Positions 39,543 through 51,671 of a stretch of 64,000 nucleotides of DNA are shown here, one piece after another. How positions within the stretch are numbered: the first letter of the stretch is position 1; every line of letters begins with the position of its first letter. A program made the position numbers and the translations under genes. Below the pieces are notes generated by a model, which saw only the letters and a list, made by a program, of their open reading frames with translations, did not search any database and had not been told where the DNA came from. The stretch is from Lepidodermella squamata (taxonomy: Eukaryota; Animalia; Gastrotricha). The stretch is from NCBI GenBank assembly GCA_047495785.1, contig JBLDXI010000003.1, positions 868,001 to 932,000 of the forward strand. The letters are read 5' to 3'.

Positions 39543-39901
39543 ATGATTTTAGCAACCTGCTTATTAATTTTTGCGGCAAGTTTGTTAGCTATTAAATCTT
39601 CGCCAGTTCCTGAAGACTCGCTACATGCCGAAGCTATTAGGGCTTTACGTAAGTATTCATACGAAGAAGGAAACTGGGTAATCTGACTTAATTTGTTTTA
39701 GTTCAAAAGGTGAATGCTGTAATTGAAAAGAATGGCGAGAAGTACGCTGAGAAGCTGCTGAATCGCTTACAAGCGCTGCTGAGAAGACGAAAAATGGCGA
39801 AATGTATAGCTACTCTAGGATCGAGGGCCGTCTGCAATAACCAGGCGACTTTCTACCTATGGGCTCAAATGCTTGCCAAGCAGATGATGGATGAAGATTA
39901 G
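39543..39901 (+). CDS. Secreted C-x9-C peptide precursor, copy 1 (101 aa). Exons 39543-39648 and 39702-39901
   Basis: MILATCLLIFAASLLAIKSSP...LLRRRKMAKCIATLGSRAVCNNQATFYLWAQMLAKQMMDED*; 53-nt phase-1 intron; TATAAAA about 50 nt upstream. Confidence 0.9.
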
Positions 39902-41938
39902 CCTTATGACAGAGATAAAGATCATCTCCGTGCGCTTAAGCAAGAATCTATCATTGCCATCCGAACAGCTTGTATTACTATTTCTAATCGCTTCTCTTTC
40001 CCGAAAATTGTATCAAATCCCGTAATTTTGGATGAAACTCTCCCCTTTTAGGATTAAAGATTAACTCTGTTTTGTTTATACCTAAGAATGGTGTGTAAAC
40101 TTTGCATTGTAAACAATTTATGCATAAAGATGAAAATAGCAGGGAGTTCGGACGCATCTGCTTCCGAATGGCTCCATGAGTTTTCAGTCTTACTCGAACC
40201 TTGGGTCTAATGTCGAAAACAATTATGAGCAATTTGTTTAAAACAATACAATTCCGATCTGTCCCATTTTATCATTCATAGACTTAAATCAGTGTCATAC
40301 AAAAACCAGTCATTTTTCCTTCGATAACTCACAGAGCAACGCTATAGGAATGCCCATGAGTAAGTGTTTGCTCTGCTATCCCCGCTTCGGAAAAAGTACA
40401 CTATTATCGAATTACCTTGCCTACCTTAATTTAGTCATGTCTGCTCGATCTGATTTCAAAAGCACAACCGGCAGGGTTCACAGACGCACAATACCAGACG
40501 TCCCCGAATCTTAATTTTTTCCGCCTGAAAACCGGGGTAAACACACCGCCCGCTGTCATGATACACCACTTGTCTGCGTGTCCCTATCCGCTCGCACATA
40601 AATATGATGTGAGCACGTTCGATCGTTAACAATTAGAGAAAAGCTTTTCTGATATTTTAACGCGCACAGTTGTGCATTTGCTCGATCTGGTGTACAAGCG
40701 TGGTCGAAGCTAAACTGCAATCCACGTTAAAGTATGCTTCAAACGAGGCAAATGTAACTTACAGATGGAAGATTCTCAGGCTGCACTGCAGATATGAGTT
40801 CAAACCAGATAATAGAATATATTTATAAGAATATAGAATTATCGCAAGATCCGCCAACTAAACATGTCTTGCGCATCTCAATTTTCAAACGTGCATTATT
40901 CACAATGTGGATGTTAGGGATTCCTGGATGAACGATGCGTCTAAACCTGTCATTCTCGTTTAAATACGAGCTCTATACTCCCGCGCCTTCAAGTTCTAAA
41001 AAATGATGCTGCAAAGTGTTCTTTTGGTGTTCTCAATGATTCCTTTTTCGCTGAAGCCAGGCAGCGACTTGATGGAGGGATTTCACATCCTATAAACATG
41101 ACTGAATCAGGAGTTCTGGCTAAGCATTTATTTCTATGACATAACATCGGAACCGCACCGATCGAGATCGAAGCCGGCGAGTTTTGGCGAGAAGAATTAT
41201 GGCTTTGTTAGATTCTACCCAGAAGAAAAACAAAACCATTTCGCTGGCAAACGATTTTCCAATGTCTAATTTTCTATCAAAAATTGTTTCAAGCCAAGTG
41301 GGTGAAACTCAATAAATATGAACTATTGAGGTAAAGCTGATATCCATAGGGCTTAATGAACGACATCTGAGAAATCAGAAGCAAGCACTAATGACTAATG
41401 CATTGAATATTGGCTGCGAGGGGTCACACGTTTGGGTATCGAAGCAAACATTTCCGCAGGCTTGTAACGTTACATAGATATGAGCCTCTGCGTTTGTTTG
41501 CTCTCGCGAGAAAGCAAATCGTCAATATTCGAGGAAGTAGCTTTTTCGTTACATTATCGTCTCTCTTATTCAGAGGTTTTCAGGCGAAGAGAGCTGACGA
41601 TTTTTTATTCGATTTTGGGTTAGAAAACGGTTCACAAATGCCTTGTTTCTTAGCGTGGATCTATTTTTATCATTTTGTCACTTTGAGGCCTAGTTAGGAC
41701 ACAGTTTGAGAAATGCTGCAGTCCTATAAGACAGCAAGCGTCGATCTGTTCTTAGTTTTTTCTTTTACATCTCCCTTCCTGTGAGCAACACGGACTATCA
41801 GGAAATAGCTCACTGTATATTGCGGGTCGATTTTTGAGTTCAGACATCCTCAAGTCGGAAGCTGAGAAGAATCCATGCCCAGCGAAAGGTTATTAAAGCA
41901 TCAATTAGGCAGCTCTATCAGCCTTTCAACAATTTGAG

Positions 41939-42314
41939 ATGATTGTAGCAGCATGTTTTTCATTTGTTGTTGCGGCAAGTTTGTTAGCAGTTAAATCATC
42001 GCCAATTCCTAAGGACTCGCTAATTCTCAATCCAACAAACCATGCCGAGGCTATTATGGCTTTAAGTAAGTATTGCCAGCCGGAAACCGGGTTACTCGAC
42101 TCATTTTGCTTCAGATCAAAGGGTGAACGCAATAATTGCAAAGAAGGGAAAGAATTACGTTAGGAAGCTGCTGAACCGCTTGCGTGCGTTGCTGAGAGAG
42201 CGGAACATGGCGAAATGTATGGCTGCTATTGGATCGAAGGCTGTTTGCAATAACCAGGCGACTTTCTACCTATGGGCTCAAATGCTTGCCAAGCAGATGG
42301 TGGATAAAAATTAG
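41939..42314 (+). CDS. Secreted C-x9-C peptide precursor, copy 2. Exons 41939-42065 and 42115-42314
   Basis: MIVAACFSFVVAASLLAVKSSP...RERNMAKCMAAIGSKAVCNNQATFYLWAQMLAKQMVDKN*; phase-1 intron; AATAAA downstream. Confidence 0.9.
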
Positions 42315-42499
42315 CATTATTCATGGCTGAAATAAAAATGATTTCTTTGCGTTTGATCAATAATGTATCATTACTAACCGAACTGATTCTTTTACCGATA
42401 ACTATAATAGATTATCTTTCATAAGAAAATCAATAGAATGTAATATAGAAATTGTCCTCGAAAATATAGGTCGAGTAGCTTGGCCAATTCGATATTTTA

Positions 42500-42615
42500 C
42501 GGTATAACATTCGTAAATCGTTTATATCTGAACTCGCCGCGCTCGGTTTACTCATCTCAACTCGCCTCCGGCTCGTTTCGATTCGTAAATCTCGGTCGGC
42601 TCCGTTCAGAAATGA
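42500..42615. repeat. Dispersed ~110-150-bp repeat; further copies at ~43975-44105 (+), ~45385-45485 (-) and ~62850-62960 (-)
   Basis: Shared core ctgaactcgccgtactcg...ttcgtaaatctcggccggctccgttcaga. Confidence 0.75.
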
Positions 42616-44872
42616 ACTCTTTAATCATGTTATACCATACAAATATAAAGGGTTATATTTTGGATGAAACCATGTTCTTTGAGGATTAAATATTAGTCTT
42701 GGTTCAGAAAATTACGTTTCTTATACAACGGTTATTTATACAGCATTAAGGTGATATATAAATCATTTCTGCGTAAGAATATAGTGGGTAACCTCGGAGA
42801 CACATCTGCAAATGAAGAATATAAACAATTCAAGGTTTAATTTTTGGTGAGAAGGTCAAAGGCTGGACACTCCTCGAAGGCTGGAAAATGGAAAACCTGT
42901 TTTGTTCTATTGTGGAATTATCGCCGCTTCGAAGAGCTGCGCTTGAATGAAATTGCTGGGTCACTCTCAATTTAGTCATGTCCAAAATTCTGTGTCTACT
43001 CAATCTTATTTCAAAAGCACAACCGTCAGAGGTCGCAGATGTTATTAAAGGAACAGACCAGACATACGTACATCCCCGAACCCTAATCGTTTCCGCCTGA
43101 TGGCGGAAAACACCCCGTTGTCACGTTACGCCACCTGTCTGTGTGTCCTTAGACGCAGCTCGCACGTACATGAGCCTGTTCGCTCGTCAACAATTAGAGA
43201 AACTTGTGTAGTATTTTTTCGCGCGGAGTTGATATGTGCATTGGCTCGGTCTGCTTTGCGAGCGTGATCGAAGCTTGGACATCTATTAGTAAGCTTCAAA
43301 TAATACATACTGTGGGGTATGCTACTTTTCAAGGGCTATCCAACGGTATAGCGTCCCAGCAGTTCGTAAAAAACATATCGTGAGTCCGTTATGAAGCCAA
43401 TATCTTCGTCATCTATTATGGTTGGCGCAACCAATATCAAATAAAACCGTGCCGATTCTTTTTTGGTGATGGATTGAAGCAAAAAGGGTTCCATCAACTT
43501 GGAGCGGCGTTTATCAAAATTCATCGCACATGCCCTGTTCGGCCCTACTATGGGGGTTGTTACTCCGTATGGAGGATAACCTCTAGTTTACTTTCACCAG
43601 CACGCGGAAGCAAGAAATATATATTTAACTTCCTTTTAAAATCATCGCTCTTTTTACTAACACTTTTTTCACGCCTGTTTGTGCACATCCCTTATCCAAT
43701 TCGTTGAATTCTACTTTGGTCGAAAAACAGTACAGACAGTACAGAAAAACAGTTGGCGTCAGCATTTGTCGACTGTTGCCGGGAAAACAAAACGCAAAAA
43801 ACGCAAAAATGGCTCATCTGAAATTGAGCAGATTGTACACTCGTGAAGACATTAATCAGGTTCGGTTGGAAAAGGGTTCTTGCTGGATTTTACCGGCCGC
43901 AACAAGAGATTCTGCTAGTTTCAAATAGTACAGTATAGAATTGTCCTCAATAATATATTTCGAGCAACTTAGCCAATTCGATATTTTACGGTATAACATT
44001 CGTAAAGCGTTTATATCTGAACTCGCCGTACTCGATTTACTCATCTCAAATCGCCTCCGACTTGTTTCGATTCGTAAATCTCGGCCGGCTCCGTTCAGAT
44101 ATGAACTCTGTACTCATGTTACACCAGATGAATATACCTACCATATTTTTCATAATTTTTCCTAATTGGCAGACCGTCATGTAGCCAATAGCCTAAACAA
44201 CAAATGCGACATAACAGCAAATTTTTCAACTTGCGACATAACAGCAGAAACGCTGTGCATTTTTTTCGTAGTGAGCTTTGCGCTGTTTTGTCGCGAAATA
44301 AAAAATTCTGTTTAGTCGCATTCGCGGTTCAGCGAAATTGCTGTTTTGTCGCCGTGCCTCCAAATTATAACGCATTTTCCGCTGGGAGCTATTTGAGGAA
44401 AGGCCTACTAGGCTGCATTAACAGCTATGTTGTTGCTAGTTGATATTAAGATTCAGGAATTTCACAACATACGTCTCGTCTATGTCCCCAGCATGACGCA
44501 TGGTCTCAAACGTCTGAAAAATCCTCAATTTAGAGTTCACAGTCGATAATGTTTCCTATTTAATAGAATTATCGCAAGATCCGCTTACTGCACACACATT
44601 TCCGCTTATCAATTGGCAGATGTAGGAGGTTAGGAATTTCCAGAACGTTGAGTCTGCAACTGCCATTCTCGTTAGAAAACGAGTACTAATAGCAACGTTT
44701 TAACGTCCTGAAAAATGATGCTGCAAATTTTTCTTTTGATATTCTCGATGGTTCCTTTTTCGATTGAAGCCAAGCGCCGAATTAATGGAGGGATTTTACA
44801 TCCTATAAATATCTTTCAATCAGGGGTACTGGGTAAGTATTTATTAGTATGATAGAACACGGGTTAAAACTA

Positions 44873-45376
44873 CAGTGACAATCAAAAGATCCGCACGGTG
44901 GAATTGAGGCGATGCTAGTTGTAATTTTTCGCACGTGCGAAATGGTGCTCCAGCAAAACGGACCGAAATGAGGCCTTTTTCACGAGCTCCAAAAATAGCT
45001 CCAAGAAAAGGGGGATAGTTTCAATAATAAGGATATATTCATGAGATGTCATGAAACTAGGACATTCTTAGTTAAGAGCCAAAAATTGCGGAAAAATTTG
45101 AGCACTTATAGCACGGTTACAACAAATCAAAAATAATTTTTCCATAATTTTTCTGACAGAATTGTCAACTTTGAGGGCTTCGGAATATTAATTAACGCCT
45201 TATGAATAATCATATTTTTAAAACTATTAAAACTTCTTGGTCTGTCCGAGTTACAATTTTTATTTATAGCTGAGTTCAACCCATGCTTGGAGCTAAAAAT
45301 AGTTCGGGCGCGTGTGAGATAATTTTAGTTTCAACTCAACAAATTCCTGACCGTGCGCAACTTTTGAGTTTCACTG
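44873..45376. mobile_element. Tc1-like MITE (504 bp)
   Basis: TIRs cagtgacaatcaaaagatccgcacggt / accgtgcgcaacttttgagtttcactg, TA on both sides. Confidence 0.8.
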
Positions 45377-45569
45377 TACTTTTCCGAACTGCGCCGACCG
45401 AGATTTACAGAGCAGAACAAGTCGAAGGCGAGTGTAGATGAGTACGGCGAGTTCAGTATAAGCGATTTACGAGCATTGTTTCGTAAAATGCTTCATACTC
45501 GACCTGTACTTACGTGGGAAATTCTTTATTTGAGAAGATAAACTGTTCATTCATGAGGGTATTTTCTAG

Positions 45570-45769
45570 ATCGATATCTGAAAATTGCGGCTTTTAGAGA
45601 TGCCGGGTTGGCAGCTAAGTTGTTCAAGCTTGTCAAGGCAGCGGAGAAACAACGACGCCTAGCAAGATGCGTAGCTTTGCTTGGATCGCCCGCCATCTGC
45701 CGAGACCAAGAAACCTTCTACCTATGGGCTAGAGTTTTGGCGAGAAAAATTATGGCTGATGATACCTAA
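45570..45769 (+). pseudogene. C-x9-C peptide precursor, copy 3: intact exon 2, exon 1 not found
   Basis: ttttctag acceptor, then RYLKIAAFRDAGLAAKLFKLVKAAEKQRRLARCVALLGSPAICRDQETFYLWARVLARKIMADDT*. The upstream region is occupied by repeats and a MITE. Confidence 0.75.
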
Positions 45770-46894
45770 ATTCCATGGACTACATAATCGAGCAGAAGCA
45801 AACCAAAAACGGTTTTGCTGGTCATAATATCAAATTGTAACCTATATCTTATTCTCGGTGAATAATTGTCTCAAAAGACAAACGGATGAAACTCGGCAAT
45901 AAAATTTGAATTAGAGGTACAACATATACCAAGTGCTCAATGAATCACATCTGAGTATGTAATCGGAACTCTGACTACATGAAATCAAAAGAACAAATTG
46001 TTGGGTAACTAAGTTCCGGCAGGCTTGTCAGATGTAACTTCTTCGTTGCTTTTTCATCTACGTAATCTGTCATCACCCATAACGGCATATTCCAACAATT
46101 ATTGGTAAATTTGCAGTCGAAACCCCAGCTTTCTGGGACCGTTGGGACTGAGACTTAGACCATTGGCGAAATAAATTCATCATTTTCTTTTTGCATCTTA
46201 CACGTTTCTTCCGCGTGGGCACAAGCACTTCGACTGGAAACCTATCAGGCCTGTCAAGCGTTCTGAGATGAACGTCGACGATTTAGGAAGTTCCTTTCAT
46301 CTGCCCACTGTTGAAATGACAAGCTACGTCTGAAACATGTCTGCGATCCTAATCGAAAAACAGGTACGCCTTCCCGCGTAACCCGTTCCGCAAGCTGAAA
46401 TATGTTACTGACGGAAGTGTTAGTAAATAGAAAAACTCGTATTTCCCTGCGCTTAGCCACCCACTTCGAATCTGCGAATTTTATTACGTTTAAATGAGCT
46501 CTAGCTGTTGGGCATCTTCGGAGATCTGCCTTCAGAAGTACTGAATTCATTTTCTACTCATAGTTATGCACCTCCTAATGAGCCCATTGATAATTATCAC
46601 TGGTTATTTAATGCTGGTTGAATCTAAGCCAATACAAGGGAAAACCTACCTTACAGACATTTCAAAAAGCCCTAAGGACATTGTCATGTGTAAGTCTCTG
46701 GTTTTTTAATTGTACTAATTCTTTATTGTTTAGTACTTATTTCAGATAGAAAATTGATGTTGATATCTGCAACCAGAGGATTAGATGTAGCAATAAAGTA
46801 CGTGAATCAGCTTGAAATGGAAAGACGGATGGCGAAATGCATGGCTACACTTGGCTCACGATCGGTTTGCAACAATCAATCTACATTTTTTCTA

Positions 46895-49800
46895 CGGAAT
46901 GGCTATTCGTACATAAATATGTATGCGATTTTGGCTATTCGTACATATTTATGTACGCGAATTTGGCTATTCATACATAAATATGTACGCGATTTCGGCT
47001 ATTCGTACATAATATGTACGCGTTTTTGGCTATTCGTACATATGGAGGAAACACACCTAAGACCACGAAAAACGGAATATGGCGTAGTATTGACCCGCAC
47101 ATTTTTATGTGGGAGTGGATATTCGCACACATTCTAGTACAGTTTTACGACTATTCGTAAATATTTTCAGAAAATGAAACTGCATCATTTTTATTCTCAT
47201 TTGCATCATTCAAACCTTTTTCATGATCAATATTCGGTGTTATCATTTAGTATCTTAACGAATACTAGGTTTCAGTTCAACTAAGGATTAGGACTTTAGG
47301 CTCCGGTCTTCGGCCGCGTTTTTTCGATGATGGGAAGACGGTTGCATGCTGACTTTCGAGGCAGCTAATAAGGTGATTTCGCATGTCCGTTGAGGATTTG
47401 AAGCAGGTCACACCAGGATCGCCGCCATCGATGAGAAGAAGTAAGCATGCAGCTGCGAAAACGCCGCAATCGGTACCGTTTGATTGCCTCGGACATGGCT
47501 CAAGGTGAACCTTCAGCCGCCCGTCTTCCATCAGCAACCGGTACCTATCCCTCAGTTGGGCGCGAAGCTCTTCATCCATTGATGTAGCCGGCAAAGAGTC
47601 ATAAACTGCAACCTTGCGGTGGAAAGTAGTCGACAAAACCCAATGGGTGTTTCTGATGTTGTGGAAATAAAATCCTTGTTCGGTTGCCACATCGCCAGCA
47701 AGTGCAACCGTTGTAGCACAAGGGGCCGTTTCTAGCCGAAATGACGATTTAGCGAGCGCAATTGACGTTATAGCATCCATAACTTCGTCTGTGAGCCACC
47801 CTCCTTGCTCAATTATCTCCTTCTCGTCGAGCGACAGGTTCAACTCCGGGACCCAAGCCCTATCGTCGTTCAGTTCCGTTTCTTCGAGTTGAGACCCGCT
47901 GTTGGCGACTGACCCAGACTTGGATGACATCTGCTCTTCATCGCCGCTGTGCTCCAATCCTTCGCTGTTGATGCTGGGATCTTCAAATGGGTTCGATCCA
48001 GTGGACGAAACGCGATCATCTGATATGTACGATTGCGAAGTAGTAGAAATGGAATCATCTGCGGAAGCTGAGGAAGAGTCATCTTTCGATTTCTGCTCGG
48101 AACTAATTTGCGACGGAAATCAGTGATAAAAATATAGACTTCAGCCTTTTCAGACGTTACCTTCTCGATTTGTTGAAGGAGCGCTGCTGTAAGGGCGGTG
48201 GCAATGCCAATGAGCTCGATGCTGATGATGCCGATGGCGACTCCTCCCATTCCTCGTCCTCGACTTCTTCGACCACCTGATTCCTGCGATATTTTACTTT
48301 TAATCATAAATCGATAATACTTCATCGTTTTAACCAACCTTCGTGAATATCCAGTAGAATTGAACTTGGATCGACTTCTTTGGCTTTCTTCGAACGTTGC
48401 ATGAGTTTGAACACAATTGAGTTCGGAACCGGACTCAGAATCGGCAATAGCTTCTTCTCCGCTCGATACGACTTGCGACAATATCTGTTTTCCCTTCCTG
48501 GAAAATAAAAAACGTTAGCACGTTTCAGATATCTAACGCAAAAATCAAACTTGGGTTTAGTCTTGGACTTGGATTTAGAGCCATCTTTCTTGTTGAATCG
48601 GACTTGTTTGGAACTGCTACTAGGCCGGCCTCGACTTTTAACACCATGTCGAAAGTTCAGCTTCCTTGATCGAGCGATTCCTCCAGGTGTCACAAAGTCC
48701 GCTTCCACCGTCGTAGACTGTTGCTGATCAGAGTTCGCTTCTTCGCCTTCTTCACCGCCGTCTTCTTCGATCGCCACCGTTGTTGTCTTCTCGAGGACTG
48801 CAATCGCTTTTCCCTGTCTCGCGAGTGCTCGAAAATCCTTGAGACTGGAAAGGTAACGTTGGAATTGCACTGAGCCATGCTGAGCTAATATATCCGCGAC
48901 GTCTGTCAAGACATGCACTGCTTCTTTATACTTCCTTTGCGCCTTGGGCACTTTCGGCTTAACAGCAGGCGGAGAATGGAAGTTGGCTGATTCAAAGTCG
49001 AACGGTTCCTCCACAGCTACGTCATCCTGAATCAAAGTTGGGGGGTGATTTTGACGAGATAACCGGTGGTACTGCGCCCCGAAATTTGAAATGTCAAATA
49101 GCGGCTCGTTCAACTTCTTGCGGATGATTAGGATGTGGTGGCACGGCAATTTGTGGCTGTTGTAGTAGCTACTATCACACTTGTCCAAAAAGCTTGCGTA
49201 CTTGCGATCACCTGTATCACAAATAACCACAACACAGCCAGTCTGCACCTTACGATATTGGACCGAATTAAGCAGTTTTAGCTGCAGGAAGAACAGTTTC
49301 ACGGCGTGATTGGTGACTGCGAACGAAGCTTTGTACAAGTCCTTCTCGAAGTCCTTGCTGACCGGTTGAACACGCTTTGAGGTTGCGGCTATCGCTTGAT
49401 CGTCAGCCAGTTCAGCGACTGTGCAGCTTCACCCACATTTCCACTGAGGATAGCCAATTTCTGTCAAAATAGTCGAGAAGACTGACATACTTCTTGTCGA
49501 TGCGAACATCAATGCCAGTTGCAGCTTCAATGAACATTCGGTGAGCATCATCGAATTTGGATATTTCATGCGAATTTGACATGGCGAGGACGCAAGCATA
49601 CAGCCTCTCTTTCACCTCAACTTCAGTTAGCGCAGTTGCTATAAGATTTTTGAAAAACTTGCTGACGTGCCACAAGCACAACAAAACCAGGCATCCAAAG
49701 ATTTCTTCGAGAAGGCTTATTTGCTTGAGGTCTTTGTCGACCAAGCAGTTTCATCCAACAGCATTGCTATTGCGCCAACTGCAGTCTTGCCATTGTCGGC

Positions 49801-51671
49801 GTTGGTGAAACAGAAGAGGATCAATTTGTACCCAGCTTTGTTCGTCCCGAATGTAGTATCGATCACCATTGTCTTCGGCTTTTGCAGTTTCAGACGGGTC
49901 AGCATTGCAGGGGTGGAGAAAAACAAGACTTGAGAGAAGCCGTCTTGAGTTAGCTTTTCAGCAACGAAGCCACCTTTTTGCTCGATAGTTTCGAGGAAGT
50001 CGTGCAACCGCTCCATTTTAACCTCGTCGCTGACGTCCAGCAGCTTCAAATTCGCAACATGCTTCGAAGTAACAGGTTTTCCAATCATTGACTTGATGTG
50101 TTTTGCTGCAGTTCGGCGTTTGATGCACATGTTGAGCGACGTAAACTCCTTTCGAAACTGGTCCTTCTCTTCTTCTGTCAGCCTGCAATTCGCTGGATAA
50201 GTTGCGAAGTCATCGGCGTTCACCGTGTGGCCCGTGTGCCTAAAAACGGCAGCAGCTACATGCCAGAGTCCATCTTTCCTTAATGTAAGCGACAAACGCG
50301 CCTTGCACTCAGAATACAGATAACCTAAAGTTGTACTTGGGTTTCAATGCTCTAAGAATCATCATTTTATTACCTTGGGTTTCTCGGACACCATTGCTCT
50401 TTGTCGCACGCTCAGTACTGTGGCAACATTCGACAATCAGTTGCTTGGGCATCGTTGAACGCTTTATGAAAGGCTGATGAGTTTGATCGCAATGCTTCTT
50501 CACCTTGCCGAACAGTACGCTCTTCGTCATGTTAAAAGAAGCGCCATGAGTGAAAGAGCCTGGGTCGCAGTCGATAACAAGACCTGGAATCAAAGTCGGA
50601 CCGGGATTCATCTCAACATTGCCCGACTGAAGCAGTACATAAAATATTATCAGTCTCCCTCGCTTGCCCGAACCGTTGTTGACGTCAATTTTGAACTTGA
50701 CGTGGCACGTCACGGTTAGCCACGCTGGCGTTAGCCTGGGCGAGGAGGATGGCGATACAGAATTGAAACCAGGGTGGCAGCCATTGCCAATTAGGACAAG
50801 AAAAAGTAAAGTAGATATCATTCTACCTATAGGTGAACTCTGAATATTAGATTGAACACAATTTCACAATGAACCCGTTTGAACCGAATTATAAGCTGAA
50901 TTGTGGTTGTATAAAACAAGAGCTTCCAGCCTAATCTAACTTATGTCTGGGATTCCAGTATAATCTGACCAATGTTCAAAATATAATCGAGAAGCAAAGC
51001 AAAGCAAATGTGGGTTGTATTCGGGACTAGACCTCATAAAAAAGATCCGATGTCCATATTATTTCAAACGACATCTTCAAAATTAAGGCCATTATTGAGA
51101 AATATAGAATGAAAGATATCAAAATTTTGATCGAAATCCAAGAAAACTTTAGGTTAGCTGTTGTTTAAAGACTGGCTTAATGAAAGTAGATAGTGGTTTG
51201 AGAAGCTAATATTTCCCCAAGACAGCGCGCTTCCTCCGGTAACAAGGGCATCAGCGTTTTCGCAAGGAATTTCATTAATGTGATGGGACGGTGACGAGCC
51301 GTATAAACTGGTTCAATGCTAAAATATTTCATTTAACAACCTGAACAAATTTTTTATTTTTTTTTTATTTTTATTTTCTCGCTCAGTAGTAGACACGTTT
51401 GTATCTCCATTCATATATTGCTTTTCAAAAATTACACTCATTTTTTATGGACATTTATTTATTTCATCTCACTTATCTGGCTGATTTATGTTTATTAAGC
51501 CTATTTAACCACATTTTTTACCATATGTACGAATAGCCAAAATCGCGTACATATTATGTACGAATAGCCGAAATCGCGTACATATTTATGTATGAATAGC
51601 CAAAATCGCGTACATAAATATGTACGAATAGCCAAAATCGCGTACATATTTATGTATGAATAGCCTCACTC
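46895..51671 (-). mobile_element. Mutator-like element (MULE), 4.8 kb, internally deleted
   Basis: 9-bp TSD TTTTTTCTA (46886-46894 and 51672-51680); ~150-bp TIRs built of ~33-bp tandem units; transposase, SWIM and Ulp1 coding segments inside. Confidence 0.95.
47277..50821 (-). pseudogene. Spliced MULE transposase gene: 2A-like motif, FAR1-like Zn finger, MULE DDE core, SWIM, AT-hook-like motif, Ulp1 (C48) protease
   Basis: Intron 50325-50373 joins ETQG to YLYSECKARL..HTGH. Motifs IDTTFGTN, VDKD, LCLWHV, KLPCHH, SRGRP; Ulp1 WLTDEVM, THW, YDSL, QSNGTDCGVF. Frame breaks near 49740 and 49415; the catalytic E segment is absent. Confidence 0.85.

Noticed and set aside
39780-39901. Mitochondrial twin CX9C protein or calcitonin assignment for the peptides
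   Set aside because: There is only one CX9C and an ER signal peptide; calcitonins have C-x5-C and a C-terminal Pro-amide.
46900-47045. CRISPR-like array of ~33-bp repeats
   Set aside because: There are no unique spacers or cas genes; the array is mirrored at 51521-51671 as the MULE TIR in a eukaryotic context.
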